This document shows positions 25,601 to 36,776 of a DNA stretch of 64,000 bases, in pieces (position 1 is the first letter of the stretch; each line of letters starts with the position of its first letter). Position numbers and translations under genes: made by a program. The notes under the pieces are model-generated. The model made no database searches and had not been told where the DNA came from. It saw nothing but the letters and a program-made list of their open reading frames with translations. This DNA comes from Macrostomum hystrix (taxonomy: Eukaryota > Animalia > Platyhelminthes), in assembly GCA_950097015.1 (NCBI GenBank), contig CATNEN010000007.1, positions 5,084,001 through 5,148,000 on the forward strand, written 5' to 3'.

Positions 25601-27938
25601 CTCCCAACCCTCTGTACACTCTCTTTCCAGCCCTCTGTCCACTGTCTCCCAGCCCTCTGTCCACTCTCTCCAACCCTCTGTCCACTCTCTCCCAGCCCTC
25701 TGTCCACTCTCTCCAACCCTCTGTCCACTCTCTCCAACCCTCTGTCCACTCTCTCCAACCCTCTGTCCACTCTCTCCAACCCTCTGTCCACTCTCTCCCA
25801 ACCCTCTGTCCACTCTCTCCAACCCTCTGTCCACTCTCTCCAACCCTCTGTCCACTCTCTCCAACCCTCTGTCCACTCTCTCCAACCCTCTGTCCACTCT
25901 CTCCAACCCTCTGTCCACTCTCTCCAACCCTCTGTCCACTCTCTCCCAACCCTCTGTCCACTCTCTCTCCAACCCTCTGTCCACTCTCTCCCAACCCTCT
26001 GTCCACTCTCTCCCAACCCTCTGTCCACTCTCTTTCCAACCCTCTGTCCACTCTCTCCCAACCCTCTGTCCACTCTCTTTCCAACCCTCTGTCCACTCTC
26101 TCCCAACCCTCTGTCCACTCTCTTTCCAACCCTCTGTCCACTCTCTCCCAACCCTCTGTCCACTCTCTTTCCAACCCTCTGTCCACTCTCTCCCAACCCT
26201 CTGTCCACTCTCTTTCCAACCCTCTGTCCACTCTCTCCCAACCCTCTGTCCACTCTCTTTCCAACCCTCTGTCCACTCTCTCCCAACCCTCTGTCCACTC
26301 TCTCCCAGCCCTCTCTAAAAACTCTCAATTTTTTCTAATTCACTAAGCTCAAAAGCGTGACAATCCATTAGTGCAAGGGGTTTGTTTAGCGGCTTGGAAA
26401 TGCCCCTCAATCCCCTCCCATATCAGTGCTTCGAACGGCATTACTGTTTATTCAACCGTGAAAACTGAAATTGAGCAATCGCCTTGAGCATCATCGAGCA
26501 CACTTTTTTGCGGTTTTCTTCTAAAGAGAACATTCACTGTACAACAGAGAACTTTCTCATCTCTTCTTTCGATTATTCGTACCTCAATTGACCGATAGCT
26601 GTCTGCCCCGGCAACAAATTCTATTTGCTCGCCCAGCAGCAAAATAACGAGCCGCGTGGTTACTGATCGAGTCTCTACTATGGCGGGCCGAAACGAGGCT
26701 ACGGAGGTGGCGAGGATAATTGCATGAGAACCGGCTACGGAGCCCTTCGATCTCCTCCTTCTTTTAGGGGCATCGAGCCGCGTCCCTGCCGCAAACAAGT
26801 CTCTTTCTCGCCATCCTCTAATGGGAATTCCCTCTGCGGGTATCTGGACAAAATCCCAGCCTTATGGAATCTTCATTATTTTTCTGCCTTTTTCTAAAGT
26901 TTGTCCTCCCAACACTGCAGATACACTTTCTCAGTGGTTTTTTGTCCTTTTAATGATGGCCATCAAGTTGGGTTGCGTTTTCTTGGCTGATTAAATATTA
27001 ATTGGACTCCGGGTAGAGCTGTAACTAGGGCACAGAGACTCGCAGACAGCTGTCATTTCAGTTCTAGCCATTCTATTGATCAATCATGATCTTCAACCGT
27101 GACTTCAATTCTAACTGTAGACTTTTGTAGACTTTCGTTTGAAGGATTTCTACTTTTTGGGAACTTTTTACGGTGAATTTTCTCCCATTATGTTCTGTCA
27201 GAAAGGACAGGGTGAGATTAACAGACAGAGAGGGAGAGACAGGGTGAGATTAACAGACAGAGAGGGAGAGACAGGGTGAGATTAACAGACAGAGAGGGAG
27301 AGACAGGGTGAGATTAACAGACAGAGAGGGAGAGACAGGGTGAGATTAACAGACAGAGAGGGAGAGACAGGGTGAGATTAACAGACAGAGAGGGAGAGAC
27401 AGGGTGAGATTAACAGACAGAGAGGGAGAGACAGGGTGAGATTAACAGACAGAGAGAGAGAGACAGGGTGAGATTATCAGACATGGGAGTCAGGGTGAGA
27501 TTATCAGACAGGGGAGTCAGGCTGAGATTATCAGACAGGGGAGTCAGGGTGAGATTATTAGATAGAGGGAGTATCTCAGGGTGAGATTATCAGACATGGG
27601 AGTCAGGGTGAGATTATCAGACATGGGAGTCAGGCTGAGATTATCAGACAGGGGAGTCAGGGTCAGATTATTAGATAGAGGGAGTATCTCAGGATGAGAT
27701 TATTGAACAGGGAGAGTATCTCAAGCTGAGATTATCAATTGGAGCGGAGAACCCAATCGCGTACTCACCCCTCGGACACCCAGAGTCCCTGCAGTCCGGG
27801 TTTGGCCTGGGTCTCAGCCGAGACAGCCGACAAAGCCGCCAGTCCTTTGTCGCACTCGGCGCCGCCGCTGACTTCATCGGACTGAACTGCCAGAGGCTGC
27901 AGACAGACCGCGAGCCACAGGCAGTGCAGCAGCTGCAT
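16689..27938 (-). CDS. APCDD1: APCDD1-like Wnt inhibitor, 5 exons (27938-27769, 20588-20360, 19234-18857, 18247-17756, 17024-16689), ~534 aa
   Basis: Spliced translation gives a signal peptide (MQLLHCLWLAVCLQPLAVQS), then GLWVSEG|CETRPGPEYVARRY, LHEMQLIR, LFLGD...RPSSFQEPL, a second repeat GEWISTRCESRP...QDVTSTNGC, RPTSFQAPLVRC and a hydrophobic C-terminus. These match the two APCDD1 repeats as I recall them. All four introns are GT-AG and frame-consistent (1605 nt total). Confidence 0.9.
17050..17732 (+). repeat. 16-bp minisatellite (GTCACTCTGCCATTCT) filling APCDD1 intron 4
   Basis: Occupies ~680 of the 731 intron bases. Confidence 0.96.
18475..18800 (+). repeat. Degenerate ~21-bp repeat (TTTTCAAATCGGTGCCA-like)
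   Basis: Recurrent AAATCGGTG core in APCDD1 intron 3. Confidence 0.75.
19300..19560 (+). repeat. Degenerate ~21-bp repeat (TTTGGGATAATCTGA-like)
   Basis: Recurrent GGGATAATC core in APCDD1 intron 2. Confidence 0.7.
20645..21390 (+). repeat. 33-bp minisatellite (CCCACTCCGTTCTACCCTTCAGTTCTCTCCCAC)
   Basis: Directly visible. Begins ~55 bp from the exon 2 acceptor. Confidence 0.93.
22800..23395 (+). repeat. 23-bp pyrimidine-rich minisatellite (CTCTCCCCTCGTCTCTCCATCCT)
   Basis: Directly visible. Confidence 0.93.
24040..24466 (+). repeat. 18-bp minisatellite (CTCCCTCACTGTCCATCT)
   Basis: Directly visible, ~23 copies. Confidence 0.95.
25238..26312 (+). repeat. 21-22-bp minisatellite (CCAACCCTCTGTCCACTCTCT)
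   Basis: Directly visible. Confidence 0.96.
27205..27735 (+). repeat. 32-bp purine-rich minisatellite (CAGGGTGAGATTAACAGACAGAGAGGGAGAGA) grading into a shorter variant
   Basis: Directly visible. Ends ~35 bp from the APCDD1 exon 1 donor. Confidence 0.93.
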
Positions 27939-28009
27939 GGCTCGATGCAGATAACTAGAACAGATTCTGAAGGTTTTTGTCGGTTAATATAATTCGCAAA
28001 GCAATTACT

Positions 28010-28560
28010 GTCCCCTGTCTTATCTCTCAGTTGTCTCATCTCTCCCCGTCTCATCTCTCCAAAGTCCCATAACCCCCAGTCTCATCTCCCCTGTCACATC
28101 TCCAGTCTCATCTCTCCCGTGTCTCATCTCTCCCCTGTCTCATCTCTCCCCTGTCTCATCTCTCCCCTGTCTCATCTCTCCAAAGTCTCATCTCCCCCAG
28201 TCTCATCTACCTTGTCTCATCTCTCCCCTGTCTCATCTCTCCCCTGTCTCATCTCTCCCCTGTCTCGTCTCTCCCCGTCTCATCTCTCACCTGTCTCATC
28301 TCTCCCCTGTCTCGTCTCTCCCCGTCTCATATCTCCCGTGTCTCATCTCTCCCCTGTCTCATCTCTCTCCTGTCTCATCTCTCCCCTGTCTCATCTCTCC
28401 CCTGTCTCATCTCTCCCCTGTCTCATCTCTCCCCTGTCTCGTCTCTCCCCGTCTCATCTCTCACCTGTCTCATCTCTCCCCTGTCTCGTCTCTCCCCGTC
28501 TCATCTCTCCCGTGTCTCATCTCTCCCCTGTCTCATCTCTCCCCTGTCTCATCTCTTCCC
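28010..28560 (+). repeat. 16-17-bp minisatellite (GTCTCATCTCTCCCCT)
   Basis: Directly visible, ~70 bp upstream of the APCDD1 ATG. Confidence 0.92.
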
Positions 28561-29047
28561 TGTTAATCCGGCACGCTGTCACCATGTGGATTCTCTCTGT
28601 AACTAGCGGTGCATAGAAGGTTACCTACCCCCTGATTTAGAACAAGAAAAATACTTTGGCAGTATTTTCAGTCTAGCAGGCATATTTAGTGTGCAACTTA
28701 CCTCGACCGTTAATTAGTTTTTTATTGAGTTTAGTTTTATGCCATGCAGTTTGCAGAGACACAGGGCGGGTCTCCCTGCTGAGCTTTTGTCACAGTCGCA
28801 TGAAACTGCCTTGCATATTCAAGCTATGCGACGAGGCTTAATTAATTTATAAGTTTGTCACAACGTCTTGCCAAATAGATAAGACACAATGGAGCACTTT
28901 AGGATAAATCTGATTGGCTACAGAAGACACTGGCCAATGCCTGCAGCAGCTGATGTTGATTGCAACTTCATTCAACTAGCATTCTTGCCAACGCTACTGT
29001 CCATCAGTAGCATGTTATGTCATGTACTCCCCTTACTCATTAAACAG

Positions 29048-29660
29048 TAGATTTACTGTTTCATCTAATCGATTCGTTTTTAGATTTACTGTTTCATCTA
29101 ATCGATTAGTTTATAGATTTACTGTTTCAGCTAATCGATTAGTTTTTAGATTTACTGTTTCATCTAATCGATTAGTTTTTAGATTTACTGTTTCATCTAA
29201 TCGATTAGGTTATAGATTTACTGTTTCAGCTAATCGATTAGTTTTTAGATTTACTGTTTCAGCTAATCGATTAGGTTATAGATTTACTGTTTCAGCTAAT
29301 CGATTAGTTTTTAGATTTACTGTTTCAGCTAATCGATTAGTTTTTAGATTTACTGTTTCAGCTAATCGATTAGTTTATAGATTTACTGTTTCAGCTAATC
29401 GATTAGTTTATAGATTTACTGTTTCATCTAATCGATTAGTTTATAGATTTACTGTTTCAGTTTATCGATTAGTTTTTAGATTTACTGTTTCATCTAATCG
29501 ATTAGTTTTTAGATTTACTGTTACAGCTAATCGATTAGTTTATAGATTTACTGTTTCATCTAATCGATTAGTTTATAGATTTACTGTTACAGCTAATCGA
29601 TTAGTTTTTAGATTTACTGTTTCAGCTAATCGATTAGTTTTTAGATTTACTGTTTCAGTT
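29048..29660 (+). repeat. 33-bp AT-rich minisatellite (AGATTTACTGTTTCAGCTAATCGATTAGTTTTT)
   Basis: Directly visible, ~18 copies, each with the palindrome CTAATCGATTAG. Confidence 0.95.
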
Positions 29661-30167
29661 TTTGTTATGGCTTGTATAGAATCAATAATCGATTTAAACG
29701 TTTATTTTATGTTGTAACTTTACGAACAACACTGCATTTGTGTGGTACTGACAAGTAGTGTGCTAAACATTTCTAAATTTAAATATTTTCAAATGGAAAA
29801 TTCCATTGAAGCGATTGCAAAAAGTGTGCACTTTTGCATGACAGAAAATGAAGGAAAATCATGGGAAAATTGTATTGTCTGTTTGAAACGTTTTTTATTT
29901 CCGTTCAAAATAAGTCCAGCTTATAGTGCACTTTGAAAACAGATAATATATTTTGCTCGCTTTCTTTGTTTGAAAAACTAAACTTCTAGCTGAGCAAGAA
30001 GCGATAGAAAAGAAATACAAAATATACTCTTTCACCTCAATTAAGATTGTCTACCAGCAATTCATGTCAGCACTGTCTTCGGTTCTGTCTGTAGTTGGTT
30101 TACGTTTGTCTGTTAAAGGTGTCTGTTTGTCTGTACTGTCTGTCTCTCTGTCTGTCAGTAAGAACAG

Positions 30168-30465
30168 TTAATAAATAATAATAATAATAACAATAATTGA
30201 TTATACCTGCCCCGATTGGGTCAGATGTGCCGTCGACAGCACAGCCGCAGCTATTGCGTGGCGCATCTGAAGGCTGCGTACAGCTGTTCAGTCCATGGAC
30301 TGGGGGACGCCACACCCACCCTCAATAACCCCAGCTAATGCTGGTAGCCATTTAACAGCTGGGTGAACTGAAGCAATGCAGGACACAAATTGTTTCAGTG
30401 GATTCGGGAATCGAACACCCGACCTTCAAGTCGTGAGTCTGGCGCCCTAGCCACTAGGCTACAAC
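30168..30465 (-). mobile_element. tRNA-derived SINE (Pol III head, CORE-like body, (TTA)n tail)
   Basis: Minus strand reads A box TAGCCTAGTGG, B box GTTCGATTCC, then TTGCTTCAGTTCACCCAGCTGTTAAATGGCTACC (resembling conserved invertebrate SINE cores) and a (TTA)n tail at ~30170-30195. A partial second copy lies at 4620. Confidence 0.75.
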
Positions 30466-30710
30466 CTCTTGACCTATAGTTATGAAACTATAATCACTGT
30501 TGGTGACAATGATAAATTCTTTTGATTTAATTTAACAGAAAAGCACATACAGATAGAAGTGTAAGAAGTTAATGCCGATTATAGTTGCATAGAGAAAAAA
30601 TAAATAGTTTTCCAGAATTTCCAGATTTTGCTGAGACAGCTCTAGCTGAGGATTTAATAAGGAACCAACGATTAAACATAGTTGTCGCATGTAAAATTGT
30701 TTCTCTAGAT

Positions 30711-31465
30711 CAGGGGTCGGCAAACTCCGGCCCGCGGGCCAGATGCGGCCCTCGAAGCTCCCAAATCCGGCCCGTTGCCCATTCCGACACCTAAAGTATC
30801 CTGTTTAAACTTTCCCCTGTTTCATCTTTCCCCTGTCTCGTCTCTTCCGTGTCTCATCTCTCCTCAGTCTCATCTCTCCCGTGTCTCATCTCTCCCGTGT
30901 CTCATCTCTCCTCAGTCTCGTCTCTCCCGTGTCTCATCTCTCCTCAGTCTCGTCTCTCCCGTGTCTCATCTCTCCTCAGTCTCGTCTCTCCCGTGTCTCA
31001 TCTCTCCTATGTCTTATCTCTCCTCAGTCTCGTCTCTCCCGTGTCTCATCTCTCCTCAGTCTCGTCTCTCCCGTGTCTCGTCTCTCCTCAGTCTCGTCTC
31101 TTCCATGTCTCATCTCTCCTCAGTCTCGTCTCTCCCGTGTCTTATCTCTCCTCAGTCTCGTCTCTCCCGTGTCTCGTCTCTCCTCAGTCTCGTCTCTTCC
31201 ATGTCTTATCTCTCCTCAGTCTCGTCTCTCCCGTGTCTCGTCTCTCCTCAGTCTCGTCTCTTCCATGTCTCATCTCTCCTCAGTCTCGTCTCTCCCGTGT
31301 CTCATCTCTCCTCAGTCTCGTCTCTCCCGTGTCTTATCTCTCCTCAGTCTCGTCTCTGCCGTGCCTCATCTCTCCCCTATCTCATATTTCTACAGTCAAT
31401 GCGGCCCGCTGCCGTCTTTTAGGTTCTCTTTTTGGCCCACTAGCTAATAAGTTTGCCGACCCCTG
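30711..31465. mobile_element. hAT-Charlie-type non-autonomous element (MITE), 755 bp, with internal minisatellite
   Basis: Perfect TIRs CAGGGGTCGGCAAAC / GTTTGCCGACCCCTG. Perfect 8-bp TSD CTCTAGAT (30703-30710, 31466-31473) matching the NTCTAGAN preference. Subterminal GCGGCCC motifs. Confidence 0.92.
30830..31385 (+). repeat. 16-bp (32-bp dimer) minisatellite GTCTC(A/G)TCTCTCC inside the hAT MITE
   Basis: Directly visible. Confidence 0.93.
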
Positions 31466-31609
31466 CTCTAGATGCTACACCTAAAATCTATCATATCGGA
31501 TTGAGACTGCTCAAACCCACTGAACCCAATGTCCAGTTAACTTCTAGCCAAATGACTCAAATAAAGCGCAACCCACAATGTCTGTAGCCATGCGGAGTTA
31601 ACTGACTGC

Positions 31610-32095
31610 TCACTGACGGCTGGTCTTGCCGCTGACCTCATCATGAATGGACACCTTGCTGCTGGGCTGCAGCTGTTTGTGCTGAGGCTCCTTCGGTCTG
31701 GTCGACTCGTCGCCCTCGGGGCTGCGATCCTTGTCGTCGCACTCCTGCAGCAGACCGTCGCCGGAGGCCGCGGCTGCGTTGGCGGTGGCGGCTTCTCGAG
31801 CAGCTTCAGCCTCCTGGAAGCCTTCCACCACCAGGCTATTGAGGTGCGACTGAAGCGAATGCACGTCCTGACGGGCGGCCGTCAGCGAGGTGAGCGACTC
31901 GCGAATTTCGCACTGGATCAGGCTCTCCATTGCGCTCATCATCACCAGCTGCGGGTTGGGTGGCGTTGGGTGCCTGTCTGTCTGTCTGTCTGTCTGTCAA
32001 AACCATCAACCCCGCGCCCCCGCTAATGATATTCCAGCCCTAAGGCACCTGCACGCTGAACGGCAGATTGGCGATCCGCTGCTGAATCTCTCCAT
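31610..32095 (-). CDS. Possible small coiled-coil protein, 2 exons (32095-32049, 31973-31610), ~136 aa
   Basis: GC-rich coding-like sequence. A 75-bp GT-AG intron joins an ATG to the ORF containing MESLIQCEIRESLTSLTAARQDVHSLQSHL (heptad-like). No recognisable family, and other frames are also open. Confidence 0.35.
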
Positions 32096-32261
32096 CAGAG
32101 TAGACCCTGATGGGGCGGGCGGCCACCTTCGACTGCTTCTTTCTTAGAGGCATCTGAGGATGTTTTCAAGTTGAGTTGGGTCACAATGTCACAAGCGATC
32201 AGCGGCACATTGGTTGTCATGGGACAGGCTGAGCTTCTTAGAGAGAGGGGAGAGAAATAAC

Positions 32262-32725
32262 GAGATTAATAGACTGACGGGAGAGAGACAGGGCGAGATT
32301 CGTAGTCAGAGGGGAGAGAGGCAGGGTGGGATTATTAGTCAGAGGGGAGAGAGACAGGGTGGGATTATTAGTCAGAGGGGAGAGAGGCAGGGTGGGATTA
32401 TTAGTCAGAGGGGAGAGAGACAGGGTGGGATTATTAGTCAGAGGGGAGAGAGACAGGGTGAGATTCGTAGTCAGAGGGGAGAGAGACAGGGTGGGATTCG
32501 TTGTCAGAGGGGAGAGAGACAGGGTGGGATTATTAGTCAGAGGGGAGAGAGACAGGGTGGGAGTATTAGTCAGAGGAGAGAGAGACAGGGTGGGATTCGT
32601 TGTCAGAGGGGAGAGAGACAGGGTGGGATTCGTTGTCAGAGGGGAGAGAGACAGGGTGGGATTATTAGTCAGAGGGGAGAGAGACAGGGTGGGATTCCTT
32701 GTCAGAGGGGAGAGAGACAGGTGGG
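32262..32725 (+). repeat. 33-bp purine-rich minisatellite (GAGAGACAGGGTGGGATTATTAGTCAGAGGGGA)
   Basis: Directly visible. Related to the 27205 array. Confidence 0.93.
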
Positions 32726-33694
32726 ATTTTATAGTCGAGGGAAAAAGCCTTAGCTAGATGGACAGTTTTGGCAGGACATTGCGGTAGTTTCTGTTGAGTT
32801 ACTTTTAAATGTGAGCCCAAAGCATTTGGTCAAGGACACCTGTGCCACCGAAAGTAATGGTTTTATAATCAGAAACTCAATCTACGAATATTTATTCAGT
32901 ATGGTACACACAAAATAGCGGTGCTAATCTTACCTTGCTGCAATGCTGTTTATTCTCAAACGAAAAAATTTCGGGTTAAAAAGTAAATCAGCAGCTTCTA
33001 AAAATGCTTCTGCAAGGCATTTTTAAATATTTCAGCTAAGCGATTCCATCACAATCAGTGCATTCGCAGCCTCATAGCTAGGCAGCCAATGAGGAGATGA
33101 CAGCACTTTCGCAAAAGTACATCGTTTCGCCTATCGTTTAGGATAGGCTATGATAGCTTCGATTGCTCTACAGCCAGCCGCCTGCGCATGTACCAGCGTG
33201 ACTATGAAAATCGGAACAGAAAACAATGCTGCGACTGCAATGGTACGGACGAAAATTCCCAATGGGAAGGGAATTTTTTGCGTCGCCCGATCGCTATTAT
33301 ATTGTTATCCAATCGTTGTCAGGAGAAACAATGCAGTAGGCGGGGGCTGGCGATGTATTTTCGGATTCCCCGAAATACAATGGGATAACAGTCTCCATTT
33401 AATTAAACAGTGATTTATCCAGTTCTATTTCATTCTTCCGTTCCGCAGCCTCTCATGCTACGCCGCAGAATTATTTTGATTGCTGTTGCATCGATCCTAT
33501 CAGATTTGCCGAGCAAATACAACCCAGTTTTATCCATAATAATTGAGTACGGCAACATGCATGCATGTTAAATAAAACATATTCGTTGCTGCTCTAAACT
33601 ACTAAAGAAAGCGTGGACTAAAATGTTCATTTATGCACGACAAAGACAAAGTCAGTGACGTCATCGAGAATTAAGGAATGCGTATTGATGCCAA

Positions 33695-33721
33695 TACTAG
33701 TAATAGTAGTAGTAGTAATAA

Positions 33722-33763
<42 letters not shown>

Positions 33764-33777
33764 AAGTAGAAGTAGTT

Positions 33778-33810
<33 letters not shown>
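33695..33810 (+). repeat. (AGT)n microsatellite
   Basis: Directly visible. Confidence 0.97.
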
Positions 33811-33811
<1 letters not shown>

Positions 33812-35613
33812 ATTTTCGGCGCAGGTAGGTAACACTGATTGTATTCGCTTTTTATTTCATTCATTCATTATAACAAACGGCAGGATGATTTTATTATCGC
33901 AGACATAACATTTCATTTATGACATTAGGCAAAACAAACTTCAGACTACTGTATAATGGGAAGGAAATGTATGTGTAAAGGGCCCTCATTGGCCAAACTA
34001 AATTGGCGTGCAAAATATTTTTTTATATTCTTTTATATGCTACGAATATCTATACATAAACGTTGTTTTGCTTTACTGAAATACACTGGGAATATTCATT
34101 AGGAATTTGGGTATAAATACAGAGGACTTTTCATACAGGGAGTTAACCGTTTGGTCTGCCATTAAATTGGAGCTTAAACAGTTCAGTCTCTTTGTGAGCA
34201 TACTCAAAAAGCCTTACTTATTTCTAAAGTAAGTGGAAGCCGTTAAAACCGATCCGGGGAAGCCCGAGTACAGACTGGCCAGAGAGCCTGAATTACCTGA
34301 CAAAAACTTGTCTGAATCACCTGAGAGCATTGTCTCCAGAACTAACTAGATTTAGTATCTAGAATACTACTGGCAGAAGGCCAGAAATATCGTGACAAAG
34401 AGCCACGCTACCCAAACTATTCGTAGTTTGTATCAGTCCACCCGAGCAGGGGTGTGGTATAATGTATATGTCACTTTAAGTGACTGAAGGCAATAAATAA
34501 GGAATTTAGGCCAACCATTTGAATTACTAGGAAAGTGCAAATTAGAAGAAGCACTACAACATATGAATCACAAAAGTAGAATAGAAATTTATCGGCATTT
34601 GACAAACAGCCGGTTTAAGTTTTGATTGTTTGTACATTCCTCTGATCAAATTAATCGCGTTTAGAACATATATATATTCAATGCACCACTCTTTGGTGAA
34701 AACCTGGTGTTGTTTTATAAAGAAATTATGATGTTTTGTTTAAAAAAGGCCACCATGATGCACCGAAGCTAAGAATTTAAAGAAGCGAAAATCGCACACG
34801 ATCAGCAGTTTTATCCCACCACAGTAACGCTTTCTCTATAAGTTTTTTGTGTTTAGGTTAGCTAAAGAAACGGAATTATTTACTTTATATGTTTATGATT
34901 CTGTTTTGTGCTTTATGTTGCACTCTAGACCATAGGAGGGCTAAAGAAGGTAACAGTGTTGTTTTTAGTCTTGAGTTGTTTTATAAGTAATTCCATGACT
35001 GGGTGATCTCATCGGATTCCAGTTCTTTCGTCTGCCGCCAGTTCGTCTGCTCAGTAGACGAAAAAGCAAACAAGTTCGTCTGCTGGCCATTCTATGGCAT
35101 ATACAAGTATAAGCCCTGCCATGTAGTTTGTGTGTGTGTATAGGGGTGTGTTTGTTGCAAGGAACACTGAATTCGAATAGAAGCATCTTCTATAGATGCT
35201 ATGAAGTCCTTGGTTTTGTTGGCACCAAAACCTCCGGGTTTCATGGAGTGTTGGGGTAGGGCTCACAGGAATCCCCAATTGAGACAAGAGCTGTTCTCAC
35301 TTACTTCTCTCATTTTCATATTAAAAATTTGTAGCAAATTTGCAGCATTACTTTTAGTAGAAAACGCAAGTTTTTTATTCTATTGTTTTACTAAATTGAA
35401 ATGCAATAAAATACTTGGTCAGAATAAAAATCGAATCACAGGAATCTCTAGAACTTAATCTGTCTCTTTGTCTAGAACCACTTTCTCTCCCCTTCTCTTT
35501 CCCCTTCTACACTCCCTTTCTCTCCCTACCTGTAAAGTGATGACTAAGCAAGTTATTGTAGAGCTCGTCTACTTAGTCCTATTTTTTTCTACGCCAATAT
35601 CAGTTTTCACTAA

Positions 35614-35939
35614 TGTTTCGTTCTAACTTCGGATTATAACATGCAAAAAGTGAGCATGTACATCGGTTTATAACATGTTAGATGTTGTGTTAATGCCTAC
35701 TTTAACCTTGAAGTAATCCTAATAGAAAGCCCCTTACTAGCAGTGTAGCAATAAGAAAAATGTCTACTTTTTAACTAGCTAGCTATTAATAATCGGTAAT
35801 ATTAACGATTTATACAGCTCGCTAGGTATATAAATATAATTTCTTGTTATTTCTTTATTTTGCACGCAACATCTAACATGTTATAGATCGATGCAAATGC
35901 GTCCTTTTGCATGTTATATCGCGATGTTAGAACGAAACA
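35614..35939. repeat. ~75-bp inverted repeat pair (35614-35690, 35864-35939), probable MITE nested in the MULE
   Basis: TGTTTCGTTCTAAC...ATAACATGTTAGATGTTG matched by its reverse complement ~175 bp away. No TSD identified. Confidence 0.65.
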
Positions 35940-36776
35940 GCCCTGCAGTTTTAGTCATCCATGAGTGACTCGATATAAACGCACATAAATATATCACTTG
36001 AGATCAGATAAATCACCGCTGCAAGCATTCTGTCACATGACAAGCAACATGGCTAAAAAAGTCAACTGACTAGGATATGAATATGAGTTATTCCTTGCTT
36101 TCCGCTGACAAGTTTATTTAGGCATATCACACAAATGTATTCGGCTTTAGAAGTGATGATAGATTTATTACCTGACCATTTAATATTTTAATATTTTCTC
36201 AATAGGTGTATTGAGAATCAATTGTCTGGGCGTTGCTGGGGCCTATTGTTTGCGAGTTGAGACTCAATGCTCCGCTTTCTATTGTTCTCTTTTACTACTG
36301 GTTTTGTTTACCACATGGAGCTGCCTGTGCAATGGGTCGCTTGCAGCTAGTTGCGTAGACAGGGATTTCAATTTGAGGTAGGACTTCGGGCCGCACATTC
36401 GCGGCAATGAGAGTGTATGATTTACGACTAATAATACGGGCACATGTTCATAAAATTAGTCAACTAAGACTTAGACAATAGACAAAGTTTATATACACAA
36501 CAGAATGGTGATAATTTGCACAATTTGTGAATGACAGTGTATACGTTTAAAATACGAGCTCAAATTTCAAATTGGCATTCACTTGCAATAAATTATGAGT
36601 ATGCGTCATTAAACAGAGTATAGACAGAGTTTAAACAGTTGCGACTAAAAAATACAACTTGAGCAGCACCACTTAGTCTTTGAAAAGTTCATGTTCTTAA
36701 AGCGATAAAAACAAAGCAAAAATATTTAACATCCTCAGTCATTGTGGCATCAGTGAGTAGTTACTCACGAAGTTAG

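Noticed and set aside
26448-26798. 116-aa minus-strand ORF in APCDD1 intron 1
   Set aside because: No recognisable motif, non-ATG start, and no supporting splice context.
30395-30465. tRNA gene on the minus strand
   Set aside because: A and B boxes are present but the anticodon and acceptor stems pair poorly, and the sequence continues into a SINE body and simple-repeat tail.
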